Origin: Candidatus Oxydemutatoraceae bacterium
Lineage (GTDB): Bacteria > Pseudomonadota > Gammaproteobacteria > Poriferisulfidales > Oxydemutatoraceae
Reading direction: 5' to 3'
Length of the DNA stretch: 64,000 bases
Assembly (NCBI GenBank): GCA_965219575.1
Contig: OZ244779.1
Coordinates: 1,708,769 to 1,772,768, forward strand
Below are positions 28,899 to 39,599 of this stretch, in pieces (positions within the stretch are counted from its first letter, which is position 1; each line of letters starts with the position of its first letter). The notes under the pieces are model-generated. The model saw only the letters and a program-made list of their open reading frames with translations. It had not been told where the DNA came from and ran no database searches. The position numbers were made by a program, and so were the translations under genes.

Positions 28899-31193
28899 AT
28901 GAAAAGAATTTTAGTCAATGCGACGCAACAGGAAGAGTTGCGTGTTGCCATAGCAGATGGTCAGAAATTATACAATCTGGATATCGAGGCGGCAACTAAG
29001 AGACAGAAAAAAGGAAATATATATAAAGGTGTTATCGCGTCTATAGCACCGAGCTTAAATGCGGTCTTCGTCGACTACGGCGGTTCGCGCCAAGGATTCC
29101 TTCCGACTAAGGAGATATGCCCTAAGTATTTTACCGCCGATTTCGACGGCCCTATTCGCAAGCAGGTTATACACAAGCTGATCGAAGAGGGGCAAGAACT
29201 CATCGTGCAGATTGTCCGCGAAGAGATATCGAACAAAGGTGCTTCTTTGAGTAGCTATATAAGTTTGAGCGGGCTCTATATGGTGCTGTTACCCGACAAA
29301 CCACGCACACACGGTATATCACAGCGCATTTCGGGAACCGATCGCCAACGGATGTACGATATAAGCCGCCAACTTAGCACGGAAAAGAACGAAGGCTTGA
29401 TTCTACGCACCGCCTGCTTGAATGCCGAGAAAAAAGATCTGCAAAAAAATCTCGATTACTTGCGCTATCTGTGGAAGCAAATACAAAAGACCGCCAACGA
29501 GCGACCGGCTCCTTTTTTAATCTACAAGGAAGCCAACATCGTGCTGCAGGCTATACAGAACAACTTGGGTTCCGATATAGACGAGATCGTTATAGACAAC
29601 CAAACGGTCTACGAAGAAACCAAAGAATTCATATCGATGGTACTACCGAGATATAAGAAGAAACTGAAGTTATACAGCGGCGATATCCCGTTGTTCAACC
29701 GCATGCACATCGAGACCCAAATTGAAACTTTGTATCAACACGAAATAAAACTACCGTCCGGAGGGGCTATCGTGTTGGATCACACCGAAGCGTTGACGAC
29801 CGTGGATATCAATTCGGGACGCTCGACACGACAACAAGATATAGAAGAGACCGCGCTAAAAACAAATCTGGAAGCAGCCGACGAAATTGCACGACAATTA
29901 CGTCTGCGGGACTTGGGAGGCTTGTTGGTAATAGATTTTATAGATATGAAACCACATCGCAACAAGCGTAGAGTGGAAGAGCGTCTGCGAGAATTATTGA
30001 AAGCGGATCGCGCTCGGACACGATTGGGGCGCATATCCGATTTCGGTTTATTGGAAATGTCTCGCCAGCGTCTGCGCCCTTCTCTACAAAACGATAGCGA
30101 AGTACTGTGCCCGCGTTGCAACGGGCGCGGCTTTATAAGAACCGTAAAATCCTCCGCTTTGGTCGCATTACGATTAATAGAAGGAGAGGCGGGTAAACCC
30201 CAGACTTCAACAGTCGTAGGTCAAGTGCCCATCGCAGTCAATCAATTCTTGATCGGCGAAAAAAGTACCGAATTGAAAGAAATAGAAAAACGCTACGGTA
30301 TAAAAGTAACCATAAACGCCGACTCGCAGATGGAAACACCGCATTATAAAATCATGCGCTACAAGGAGAACGGTTTTGCACTCGACAACGAGCCGGCTTC
30401 TATACGCTCATCGCTACCGGAACTTAACTTGTCCGAAAAACAAAACCAAGCCGAAACAATACCGGAAAAAGAAACCGCCGCTATTCCGACCGTCATCAAG
30501 ATGGAGAAAGCAACACTGTCCGAGATTGTCCGAAGCGTGTGTGAAAAATTAACATCCTTATTCTCGCTTAAGAAAGTGCCGGATAAACAAGATAGCAAGA
30601 TAGATGAAAAACAAAGCAAAAGTTCTGACGAAAAATTCCAAAGTTCGCATGCCGGTCGTAGTCAAAGCCCGAGAACGCAAACATACCATTCGAATAAAAG
30701 ACGGTCGGGTTATAAACAAACCGCTCAAAGAGATGCCGATTCGCGCTCAAAGCCGAGTAGTACACAGCAACAAAATCTTAGGAATAAAACAGCGTTTGGT
30801 TCGTCCGGCGAAAAACACCGACAATATCGGAGATCTAAAGCAAATTATAAAAGTGATCGTAATCGAGGTGCATCGTCCGGCCGCCGTAACTATACGAGCA
30901 GAGACTCTACTAAAAAGACATCTCCGCAAACCTCTCGCCGTGGCGATATCGATACTAGACCGACCGATACGCCACAGACGGTTAAAACAACCGGCGACTC
31001 CGTCAAAAAAACATTCTCGCAAACCTCTCGCCGTGGCGATGTCAATACCAGACCGGCAGATAAACCGCAAACGGTTAAAACAGAGGTTAAGCCCGATAAC
31101 GCATTTAAGCCCAAACCACCGCAAATCAAAGGCAAAAAATCCAAGCTGATACAGATAGAAACCAAGCCCCGAACCGATAACGACTCAAAATGA
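28899..31193 (+). CDS. rne: Ribonuclease E (RNase E/G family) with disordered C-terminal tail
   Basis: MKRILVNATQQEELRVA, GNIYKG, TEALTTVDINSG, EIARQLRLRDLGGLLVIDFIDM, CPRCNGRG; ATG 28899 preferred over TTG 28893. Confidence 0.95.
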   Translation: MKRILVNATQQEELRVAIADGQKLYNLDIEAATKRQKKGNIYKGVIASIAPSLNAVFVDYGGSRQGFLPTKEICPKYFTADFDGPIRKQVIHKLIEEGQELIVQIVREEISNKGASLSSYISLSGLYMVLLPDKPRTHGISQRISGTDRQRMYDISRQLSTEKNEGLILRTACLNAEKKDLQKNLDYLRYLWKQIQKTANERPAPFLIYKEANIVLQAIQNNLGSDIDEIVIDNQTVYEETKEFISMVLPRYKKKLKLYSGDIPLFNRMHIETQIETLYQHEIKLPSGGAIVLDHTEALTTVDINSGRSTRQQDIEETALKTNLEAADEIARQLRLRDLGGLLVIDFIDMKPHRNKRRVEERLRELLKADRARTRLGRISDFGLLEMSRQRLRPSLQNDSEVLCPRCNGRGFIRTVKSSALVALRLIEGEAGKPQTSTVVGQVPIAVNQFLIGEKSTELKEIEKRYGIKVTINADSQMETPHYKIMRYKENGFALDNEPASIRSSLPELNLSEKQNQAETIPEKETAAIPTVIKMEKATLSEIVRSVCEKLTSLFSLKKVPDKQDSKIDEKQSKSSDEKFQSSHAGRSQSPRTQTYHSNKRRSGYKQTAQRDADSRSKPSSTQQQNLRNKTAFGSSGEKHRQYRRSKANYKSDRNRGASSGRRNYTSRDSTKKTSPQTSRRGDIDTRPTDTPQTVKTTGDSVKKTFSQTSRRGDVNTRPADKPQTVKTEVKPDNAFKPKPPQIKGKKSKLIQIETKPRTDNDSK

Positions 31194-32566
31194 AGATTCG
31201 CTTATCGAATACGCTGACCGGTGCCAAAGAGATATTCGAACCGCACCGCCCCGACCGAGTATCGATGTATGTTTGCGGCCCCACGGTCTACAACTATATA
31301 CATATCGGCAATGCGCGCCCCATCGTCACATTCGATTTATTGTACCGGTTGCTCAAACAGCAATACGAAGAGGTAATCTATGTACGCAATATCACCGATG
31401 TGGACGATAAAATTATCAACGCGGCGAGTGCCGAAAACATCACGGTAGACGCTTTGACACAACGCTATACGGAAGCATTCCATCAAGATATAGACGACTT
31501 AAATGTCTTAGCACCGGATAGCGAACCGCGCGCAACCGAACATGTTTCGGCGATGATGAGAATGATCGAAAAGCTGTTGCAAAAAAGGCATGCATACGAA
31601 GCCGAGGGACATGTGTTGTTCGAGATAGCGACCGCCGAAAATTATGGTTGCCTATCGCACCAAAGTCCGGACGAAATCATAGCGGGTGCGCGGGTGGAGC
31701 CGGCATCGTATAAAAAGAACCCGTCGGATTTTGTTTTATGGAAACCTTCGACACCCGAGCAAATCGGTTGGGATAGTCCTTGGGGACGAGGGCGCCCCGG
31801 CTGGCACTTGGAATGTTCGGTGATGATCGAGGCACTGCTGGGAGATACCATAGACATTCACGGCGGTGGCATGGATCTGGTTTTCCCTCATCACGAAAAT
31901 GAAATCGCTCAGAGCGAGTGCGCTCATGACGGCAAGCAGTTCGTGCGTTATTGGATGCACAACGGTTATATCACCGTCAAAGGCGACAAGATGGCTAAAT
32001 CGGTGGGCAATTTTATCACGCTGCGCGATGTGCTACAAAATTTTCACGGCGAATGTGTGCGCTTGGCATTGATGAGCGTTCATTATAAAAAACCTCTGGA
32101 TTGGACACCCGATGCGCTACGGCAAGCTCGCAATAATCTGGACAAATGGTATCGCTTGTTGCTCCCTACCCGATCACAACCGGCAACCGCAGACGCCAAA
32201 GTTGCCGAAGCACTGGCCGACGACTTAAACACGCCGCTGGCAATCGCAGAATTACACCGCTTGGCGAACGAGGTGAGCCTCGCTTCGAAATCCGAACGCA
32301 ATGCCAAAGCTGCGGTGCTGCGCGCCTCGGCCAATTTCGTCGGTCTACTGCACGAAGAGCCTCGCCGATGGTTGCGCCGACAAGCACCGACTCAGGCGGT
32401 CGCAGAGCAGATATCCGAACAAGAAATAGAAGCCTTGGTTGCCAAGCGAAATCAAGCTCGTCGCAGTAAGGATTTTGCAACCGCCGACGAGATACGGGAC
32501 TATCTCAACACAGCCGGCATCATTTTAGAGGACGACGATTCCGGCACTCAGTGGCTGCGGCAATGA
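31190..32566 (+). CDS. cysS: Cysteine--tRNA ligase
   Basis: [47 protein letters not shown]; ATGA overlap with rne stop. Confidence 0.98.
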   Translation: MKIRLSNTLTGAKEIFEPHRPDRVSMYVCGPTVYNYIHIGNARPIVTFDLLYRLLKQQYEEVIYVRNITDVDDKIINAASAENITVDALTQRYTEAFHQDIDDLNVLAPDSEPRATEHVSAMMRMIEKLLQKRHAYEAEGHVLFEIATAENYGCLSHQSPDEIIAGARVEPASYKKNPSDFVLWKPSTPEQIGWDSPWGRGRPGWHLECSVMIEALLGDTIDIHGGGMDLVFPHHENEIAQSECAHDGKQFVRYWMHNGYITVKGDKMAKSVGNFITLRDVLQNFHGECVRLALMSVHYKKPLDWTPDALRQARNNLDKWYRLLLPTRSQPATADAKVAEALADDLNTPLAIAELHRLANEVSLASKSERNAKAAVLRASANFVGLLHEEPRRWLRRQAPTQAVAEQISEQEIEALVAKRNQARRSKDFATADEIRDYLNTAGIILEDDDSGTQWLRQ

Positions 32567-32811
32567 AAATAATCGGCGCGATAGTCCGCAAATCACTTTT
32601 GATGTTGATCAAAGCCTATCGCTATCTGTTGTCGCCGCTATTCGCATCGCATTGCCGCTTCTGCCCGAGTTGCTCGGAATACGCACTCGAGGCACTCGAA
32701 CGGCACGGTACGATTAAAGGAGGATGGCTAACCATCAAACGCTTACTTCGTTGTCATCCATTTGCACCGGGTGGCTGGGATCCGGTTCCGCCACCCGATA
32801 AACGAACATGA
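32563..32811 (+). CDS. yidD: Membrane protein insertion efficiency factor
   Basis: [46 protein letters not shown]; ATG 32563 overlaps cysS TGA. Confidence 0.93.
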   Translation: MKIIGAIVRKSLLMLIKAYRYLLSPLFASHCRFCPSCSEYALEALERHGTIKGGWLTIKRLLRCHPFAPGGWDPVPPPDKRT

Positions 32812-32860
32812 TAAAATAGATTTTTGAGACATCCCGACAAACACAAGCCGAGGAAATATC

Positions 32861-33346
32861 ATGACCGATACACGCGATTACAATTTTGCCGAACGCAAAA
32901 ACATAGAACAAGTCGAAGAGGGAACCGACTTGGCTCCTAAATTCAATGCCGACGGACTGATGCCGGTGATCACCAGCGACTATAAAAGCGGCGAAATACT
33001 CATGCACGGCTATATGAATAAAGAAGCGTTGCTGAAGACGATCGAACACGGCGAGGCGTATTACTGGAGCCGTAGCCGACAATGCCTGTGGCACAAAGGA
33101 GATGTGAGCGGGCTGGTTCAAAAAGTCAAGCAACTGCTGATCGACGACGATCAAGACGCGCTGTGGATGCGCGTAGAAGTCGTCGGCGACGCAAGCTGTC
33201 ATGTCGGATACCGTTCTTGCTTTTATAGGGAAATCCCATTGGGTGCCTATTTACCCGAAGAACCCAAACTGCAATTCACCGAAAAGCACAAAGCCTTCGA
33301 CCCCGATGTGGTCTATCACAACCAACCGAACCCTACTGTCCTGTAG
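32861..33346 (+). CDS. hisI: Phosphoribosyl-AMP cyclohydrolase
   Basis: GLMPVI, YYWSRSRQCLWHKG, DDDQDAL, SCHVGYRSCFY; GAGG RBS. Confidence 0.93.
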   Translation: MTDTRDYNFAERKNIEQVEEGTDLAPKFNADGLMPVITSDYKSGEILMHGYMNKEALLKTIEHGEAYYWSRSRQCLWHKGDVSGLVQKVKQLLIDDDQDALWMRVEVVGDASCHVGYRSCFYREIPLGAYLPEEPKLQFTEKHKAFDPDVVYHNQPNPTVL

Positions 33347-33375
33347 CTACGATGCGTAGATAATGGATTAGATGG

Positions 33376-33540
33376 AATGCTGTTGAAAAAGTACTGTTTT
33401 TGCACAACTGCAACCGTCGCCGTATGGTTTTGGTTTCCATAAATTAACTGGTGTGCGATTTTATTTGTGCAGACGCAACGCGTTACGGGCGGACATGCAA
33501 GTCCGCCCCTACGATTCACGGATACTTTTTCAACAGTCCC
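33376..33540. repeat. REP-bearing MITE copy
   Basis: GCTGTTGAAAAAG ... CTTTTTCAACAGTCCC ends; REP at 33487-33512. Confidence 0.7.
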
Positions 33541-33593
33541 GACGGAATGCGCATATTGCACCCCTACATATACACAATACGTTGAGCTGACAT

Positions 33594-34103
33594 ATGACAC
33601 GGAAAAAAGTCGTGGTCAACGACAAGATGCAGAAAGATTATGTCTATTACCTGGTGGAACCGATAGGTCGTAATTTTGACGACGATTTCAAACCGCAACT
33701 CAGCCCCAAAGAGTTGCTGAAACTGGGAATTTTCGGCGGTAAGTATATGTGTGATTGCCAAGACGAATTTCCGGACACTTGGTTCAAGAATGCCAAACTC
33801 GCACTACTGCGTAAAGATCCCACATTAAATTATTTCAAGGTGGATGCTTCCTTACCGTTGCGGGAGTGGAGAAGGAAAGGTTGGATTTATCCTTACGACC
33901 CGCGCGGTTGGTTTCAATGGTATTGCCGCTATTATATGGGGCGGCGTATTCCTTCGGAAGACAAAAGGCAGATCAAACGATGGTGTGCGATCAAACGACA
34001 CGTAAGTGCCGTCGAAAAAAATTGCAGACGCGGCGATATAAATTGTCGTCCTCGACAACGGCAAGCATTGTTGCATTGGGCTTACGATTCTAGGAAACTA
34101 TGA
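33594..34103 (+). CDS. Conserved hypothetical protein (Trp/Arg-rich)
   Basis: 169-aa ORF with protein-like motifs FKPQLSPKELLKLGIFGGKY, DPRGWFQWYCRYYMGRR, RQALLHWAYDSR; function unknown. Confidence 0.75.
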   Translation: MTRKKVVVNDKMQKDYVYYLVEPIGRNFDDDFKPQLSPKELLKLGIFGGKYMCDCQDEFPDTWFKNAKLALLRKDPTLNYFKVDASLPLREWRRKGWIYPYDPRGWFQWYCRYYMGRRIPSEDKRQIKRWCAIKRHVSAVEKNCRRGDINCRPRQRQALLHWAYDSRKL

Positions 34104-34420
34104 CGGTAGGTAAACATAAATTGGGTGAATGAATGTACTTGTGCAGACATTTCCGGGGCTGTTAAAAAAGTTTGGACATCGCACGAATCTAACCGCTGCG
34201 CGCCACATAATTATCCAAACCACCTGTAGGGGCGGACTTGCATGCATGTCCGCCCTAAAGTACCGTTCGGCACAAGCTCAACCGCTCGCGCCACCAATTT
34301 ACGCTAACCACTCGTCGCTTATTTGCTATGGTCTGTCGAATTGCTAAATAGATAAACTTGTTATCCTGATAAATTTTTGATATGCGCATCTATTCCATCT
34401 TTAACCAACAAGGATTATCT

Positions 34421-34945
34421 ATGAGAAACAAAAATGTCAAACCTGAAACTTATACTCGCCGTCGTCAATCTATGCGACTAAGAGGATACGACTATGCTCA
34501 ACCGGGAATGTATTTTGTCACAATCTGTGTTCAGAATAAATTATATTTATTCGGTGATATTATCAATAATCAAATGCAATGTAATGATGCCGGCAATATG
34601 CTATGGTTTTGGTTTTATCAAATTGAGCATAAGTTTGCCGGTATAAAATGCGATGAGTGCATTGTGATGCCGAACCACATTCATTTTATTGTTGCTATTG
34701 CAGAGATGCAACAACAATGCCATTCTATCGTTGCGCATGATTACAAAAAAACATCTCTAAGTTCTACTGTGCGGAGGAAGATCAGTTTTAGTTTCATGAA
34801 TTGGATGGCGTACGATTTTATTTATGCTAACACGACGCGCATTACGGGCGGACATGCAAGTCCGCCCCTACGGTTGGTTTATAAATATTCACGGCGCAAG
34901 CGGTTACGGTTGCACGCTGACGATACTTTTTCAACAGCCCCATGA
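34421..34945 (+). pseudogene. Truncated REP-associated tyrosine transposase (RAYT/IS200-like Y1)
   Basis: RRQSMRLRGYDY..PGMYFVTICVQ and HUH motif VMPNHIHFI. The usual C-terminal half (WQRxxxxHIIR motif and catalytic Tyr) is absent and the frame runs into REP DNA. Flanked by inverted REPs at 34226-34255 and 34846-34871. Confidence 0.8.
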
Positions 34946-35532
34946 TGCAACCACCCCGTCAGGCTGCGCCTGCCACCCCTCCGAAGGAGGGGAATTAGCT
35001 TGTGCAGACATTTTTGGGGCTGTTGAAAAAGTGCGGCATCGTACGAATCCAATCACTTGCGCCATTTGGTTTTGGTTTCCATAAATTGGATGGATGAATG
35101 TATAAATCGTGTAGGCACAACGCGTTACGGGCGGACATGCTAGTCCGCCCCTACGGGTGGTTTGCAAATATTAACGGCGCAAGCGGTTACGGTTGCACGC
35201 CGACGATACTTTTTCAACAGCCCCATGATGCAACCACCCCGTCAGGCTGCGCCTGCCACCCCTCCGAAGGAGGGGAATTAGCTTGTGCAGACATTTTTGG
35301 GGCTGTTGAAAAAGTGCGGCATCGTACGAATCCAATCACTTGCGCCATTTGGTTTTGGTTTCCATAAATTGGATGGATGAATGTATAAATCGTGTAGGCA
35401 CAACGCGTTACGGGCGGACATGCTAGTCCGCCCCTACGGGTGGTTTGCAAATATTAACGGCGCAAGCGGTTACGGTTGCACGCCGACGATACTTTTTCAA
35501 CAGCCCCATGATGCAACCACCCCGTCAGGCTG
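34846..35532. repeat. Tandem 283-bp composite repeat (about 2.4 copies) of REP + MITE ends + CCCCTCC-GGAGGGG hairpin
   Basis: REP hairpins at 34846, 35129 and 35412 (283-bp period); identical ORFs 34931-35167 and 35214-35450. Confidence 0.9.
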
Positions 35533-35641
35533 AATAGAACCGCCGATTGAGCCAGTAGGTCAATCGGCAATTTAATTTTAGTCCGCCCCTGCAGGTGGTT
35601 TGCAAATATTCACGGCGCACGGGGGAATTAGCTGTTGCGGT

Positions 35642-36079
35642 CTAAAAACCGGCTTTCTTGTACCAGTAGCTTGCCAGTTCGGTATTTCTAGGTACCAGAG
35701 TACCCTCTTCGTAGATCATCGCCAATGTCGTTTGAGACCCGGCTAATCCTTGCTCCGCCGCCTTGCTAAACCATTCAACCGCCCTCTCGCCGTCGCGTGC
35801 GACACATTCGCCTTGCATATACATAAAACCCAAGCCGTGTTGCGCCAGGGCGTGCCCCTGCTCGGCTGCCGCAGACATCATGCGCAATGCCATAGCTTCG
35901 TTGGAATGCACACCGAGCCCGTTTTGGTAAATAATCGCACAACGATACATCGCCTCGGCATGGCCTTTTTCGATCAACGGAGCGAGTATTTTGACCGCTC
36001 TGGCAAAGTGTTTGGCTTCAAAGGCGGCCAGTCCGCTCGTCAAGGTGATGTCGTCGTCGCTAAAATCGTTATCGCTCAT
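35642..36079 (-). CDS. Sel1-repeat (SLR/TPR-like) protein
   Basis: GHAEAMYRCAIIYQNGLGV, GHALAQHGLGFMYMQGECV, AAEQGLAGSQTTLAMIYEEG; start placed at MSDND (36079) because the longer ORF begins in repeat DNA. Confidence 0.85.
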   Translation of the reverse strand: MSDNDFSDDDITLTSGLAAFEAKHFARAVKILAPLIEKGHAEAMYRCAIIYQNGLGVHSNEAMALRMMSAAAEQGHALAQHGLGFMYMQGECVARDGERAVEWFSKAAEQGLAGSQTTLAMIYEEGTLVPRNTELASYWYKKAGF

Positions 36080-36380
36080 CGTGTTACTCGGATAGCTATA
36101 AGTTTCATTCCGCTTGTGCCACATAATTACCCAGACCACTTGTAGGGGCGGACTTATATGTCCGCCCGAAACGCATCATGTTTGCACTATTAACGCGTTT
36201 ACCCATTAATATTATGAAAACCATAATTAGGTGGCGCAGGGCGGTTAGTGTTGTGCAGAACGGTACTTAAGGGCAGACATGCTAGTCTGCCCCTACAGTA
36301 GGTGAATATAAATTTGGTCGGTAAACACATTATTCGTGTAAAACGGTATTTTTCAACAGCCCCGGGGGTCTGCGTATCGC

Positions 36381-37289
36381 TCAAACACCTTCTTTCTTCG
36401 GCGGAATGACGTGCTTGTAGTTAATCCCCATCATCAATATCGACAGGCTCGCAACATAGATGGAGGAATAGGTGCCGATGATAACGCCGACGATCAAAGC
36501 GACGGTAAAGCCGGTTAAAATCTCGCCGCCGAATATAAACAAAGCGATAAGCACCAAGAGCGTGGTCAGCGAGGTAATCAAGGTGCGCGCCAGTGTCAAA
36601 TTGATGGATTTATTGATGACCTTCTCGGCAACATCTTTGAATTTGATGAAGCTCTCGCGAACTCTATCGTAGATTACAATCGTGTCGTTCAACGAATAAC
36701 CTATCACTGCGAGTATCGCAGCGAGCACCGGTAAATTAAATTCTATGCCCGACAGAGAAAAGAAGCCCAGGGTGATCAATACATCGTGGACCAGCGCAAT
36801 AATTGCGCCGATGGCAAAGCGATATTCAAAACGGAAGGCGACATAGATTAATATGCCCAGCAAAGCATAGAGAACGGCAAAACCGCCGTCCTCGCGAAGC
36901 TCCTCGCCTATCTGCGGTCCGACGAACTCGATCCGCCGCACTTCGGCTTGTTGCTGTTGCGATAATGCATTCAAAATCTGTGTGCTCAGTTCGCCTTGCG
37001 AAACCTCGGTACGCGGAGCCAGTCGTATCAGTACATCTTTTGCAGTGCCGAAATGCTGTAGCTGTGCGTCTTCAAAACCGGCGTCATCGAGTTGCTTGCG
37101 AATGCTCACCAAGTCGGCAACCTGTTGATAACCCACTTCCACCAAAGTGCCACCGGTGAAATCTATGCCGAAGTTTAATCCTCGATAAGCCAAAGAGGCT
37201 ATGCTCAGAACGATGAGTGCCGCCGAGACGATTAGTGCCGCGTTGCGATGCTTCATAAATTCGAAATTGCTCTGTTTGATAATCTGCAT
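36381..37289 (-). CDS. secF: Protein translocase subunit SecF
   Basis: GLNFGIDFTGG, EFVGPQIGEEL, ALVHDV, GYSLNDTIVIYDRVRE, GTYSSIY. Confidence 0.97.
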   Translation of the reverse strand: MQIIKQSNFEFMKHRNAALIVSAALIVLSIASLAYRGLNFGIDFTGGTLVEVGYQQVADLVSIRKQLDDAGFEDAQLQHFGTAKDVLIRLAPRTEVSQGELSTQILNALSQQQQAEVRRIEFVGPQIGEELREDGGFAVLYALLGILIYVAFRFEYRFAIGAIIALVHDVLITLGFFSLSGIEFNLPVLAAILAVIGYSLNDTIVIYDRVRESFIKFKDVAEKVINKSINLTLARTLITSLTTLLVLIALFIFGGEILTGFTVALIVGVIIGTYSSIYVASLSILMMGINYKHVIPPKKEGV

Positions 37290-37296
37290 GGCTCGA

Positions 37297-39165
37297 TTAA
37301 ATTGCGATCTGCTTGAGTCTACGCCCGCCGTACATCAGATTGACCAACGCACGAGTGCCGAAAATGGCAGTGAACATAGAACACATGATGCCGATGGACA
37401 AAGTGACCGAGAAACCTTTGATAGGACCGCTGCCGAAAACGAACAGCACGATTGCAGCAATCAAGGTCGTGATGTTGGCATCGGCAATCGTCGATAGTGC
37501 TTGTCTGTAGCCGTTGTCTATGCTCGCCTGTATGCTACTGCCGGCTTGTAGCTCTTGGCGTATGCGCTCAAAAATCAGCACATTCGCATCGACCGCCATA
37601 CCGACGGTCAATACGATGCCGACGATACCCGGCAATGTCAATGTCGCACCGGGTATCAACGACATAATTGCGGTGATGAGTAGCAGATTAAGCATCAAGG
37701 CCATGTTCGCAATCACTCCGAAGACACGGTAATAAACTATCATAAACAAAATGACGAGTATAAAACCCAAGACTATGGCGTTGATACCTTGATCTATATT
37801 TTGCTGCCCCAAGCTCGGTCCTACGGTGCGCTCCTCTATAATCTCTATCGGTGCCGCCAACGCACCGGCGCGCAACAATAACGCCAGCTTGCGTGCCGCT
37901 TGAGGGGAGTCCAGTCCGGTGATGTGAAACCGTTTGCCGAGCTGGGCTTGAATACGAGCGACACTGATGACCTCCTCGGTTGTTCTGGTTCTGCGCTTGA
38001 GTTCACCGTCGTCGTCGCGATAGGTGTAACTTTTGTTTTCTATGAAAACAACCGCCATCAGACGTTTGATGTTTTGTCCGGTAACCCGACTAAAGATACG
38101 CGACCCTTGCCCGTCCAACGTGATATTGACATCCGGTTGGTTGGTCTCGGGATCCAAGCCGGAAGACGCATCGACGATATGCTCGCCGCTCAGTATCACC
38201 TCCCTTTTGAGCAGTACCGGTTCGCTACCTTCGTATAGCAGTTCGGTTCCCGGCGGAATACGCCGGCTCCGTGCGACGCGCGCCGCATCGTATTGTTCGG
38301 CAACCATGCGAAATTCCAGAGTTGCGGTGGCACCCAAAATCTCCTTGGCTTGAGTCGGGTCTTGCACACCCGGCAGTTGGACGGCGATGCGGTCTATGCC
38401 CTGCCGTGCGATACTCGGTTCGGCAACACCCAATTCGTTGACTCTTTTTCTGAGCGTTAAAACATTTTGTTGCACCGCAAAATCCTGTATGGATTTAATC
38501 TCGTCCCGGCTAATCGTGAGATCGAGCATCGCCCTGCCGTCTCGCTCGTAGCTTTCATTGGAAAAAACCAACGGCATCTCCGAACGCACCTGCTCCCAAG
38601 CCGCATCTCGGGTCGCCTCGTCGGAGAATTGTATCTTCAAGGTCTGGTCGTCTACACTAAACTCGGTATAGCGCAAACGCGCCTCGCGGAGCATTCCGCG
38701 GATCGCATCCCTATAACTGATCATCGCTTTATCGAGTGCCGACTTTACATCGACTTGTAGCAGAAAATAAACACCGCCGCGCAAGTCCAAACCTAGATTC
38801 ATCGGGGTCGCATCAAAATCTCTTAGCCATTGCGGTGTTGCGGCTGCCAAATTCAACGCAGTGATATAACTGCTACCCATGAGTTCACGCAAATTTTCGG
38901 CAACCGATAGTTGACCCGTGGTATCGGCAAAACGAATCAACAATTTGTCGTTTTCGGTTATTTCCATTTCTTTGTAGGCAACATTTTGCTCGGCTAAAAA
39001 TGCCTCAACCCGCTTTTGCGTGTTTTCGGTGATCTTGGTATCGTCGTCGCCGGAGATCTCTATAGTCGGATCCTCCGGATACGCATTGGGTAAAGCATAA
39101 ACGATTGCAAGCGTGACCACTGCAATCAGTAGTATATACTTCCACAGCGGATAACGATTGGGCAT
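37297..39165 (-). CDS. secD: Protein translocase subunit SecD
   Basis: LGLDLRGG, RVNELGVAEP, LLRAGALAAP, VGPSLG, GMAVDANVLIFERI, DANITT, GPIKGF. Confidence 0.98.
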   Translation of the reverse strand: MPNRYPLWKYILLIAVVTLAIVYALPNAYPEDPTIEISGDDDTKITENTQKRVEAFLAEQNVAYKEMEITENDKLLIRFADTTGQLSVAENLRELMGSSYITALNLAAATPQWLRDFDATPMNLGLDLRGGVYFLLQVDVKSALDKAMISYRDAIRGMLREARLRYTEFSVDDQTLKIQFSDEATRDAAWEQVRSEMPLVFSNESYERDGRAMLDLTISRDEIKSIQDFAVQQNVLTLRKRVNELGVAEPSIARQGIDRIAVQLPGVQDPTQAKEILGATATLEFRMVAEQYDAARVARSRRIPPGTELLYEGSEPVLLKREVILSGEHIVDASSGLDPETNQPDVNITLDGQGSRIFSRVTGQNIKRLMAVVFIENKSYTYRDDDGELKRRTRTTEEVISVARIQAQLGKRFHITGLDSPQAARKLALLLRAGALAAPIEIIEERTVGPSLGQQNIDQGINAIVLGFILVILFMIVYYRVFGVIANMALMLNLLLITAIMSLIPGATLTLPGIVGIVLTVGMAVDANVLIFERIRQELQAGSSIQASIDNGYRQALSTIADANITTLIAAIVLFVFGSGPIKGFSVTLSIGIMCSMFTAIFGTRALVNLMYGGRRLKQIAI

Positions 39166-39178
39166 TATGGAATTATTA

Positions 39179-39508
39179 TCAGCTACTCAATGTGCCTTTG
39201 GGCAATACCGACGAAACCGAGTGCTTTTGTATTTTCAACTCTATGCCTTTCTGTACTTCTATATGCACAAAGCTATCCTCGACCTCGGTAACCTTGCCTA
39301 AAATACCTCCCGAAGTGGAAATCTCGTCGCCTTTGGATAGGGAACTCAATAGTGCCTTGTGTTCCTTATTGCGCTTGTTCTGAGGGCGTATTACCAGAAA
39401 ATACATAATCAAGAAAAAAATCACCACCATGAACAGCAATTCATAGCCTGCCGATGGTGCGGGTGCGCCCGCTTCTTGTGCGTATACGTTGTTTATAAAA
39501 CTTGTCAT
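39179..39508 (-). CDS. yajC: Preprotein translocase subunit YajC
   Basis: YFLVIRPQNKR..HKALLSSLSKGDEI.TSGGILGKV..VLPKGTL; start uncertain (39508 or 39553). Confidence 0.93.
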   Translation of the reverse strand: MTSFINNVYAQEAGAPAPSAGYELLFMVVIFFLIMYFLVIRPQNKRNKEHKALLSSLSKGDEISTSGGILGKVTEVEDSFVHIEVQKGIELKIQKHSVSSVLPKGTLSS

Positions 39509-39599
39509 CGAAATATAAGTTATGGCTATTTTCGTAAAACGCCTATTATACATAAAAACACAACGAGACGGTTCGCAAATATTAGGGGTGATGCCGGAA

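Noticed and set aside
34824-35450. Repeated small ORFs containing RRGGLACPP (also near 26351, 33316, 43375, 57408, 60556)
   Set aside because: Translations of REP/MITE DNA, not a protein family
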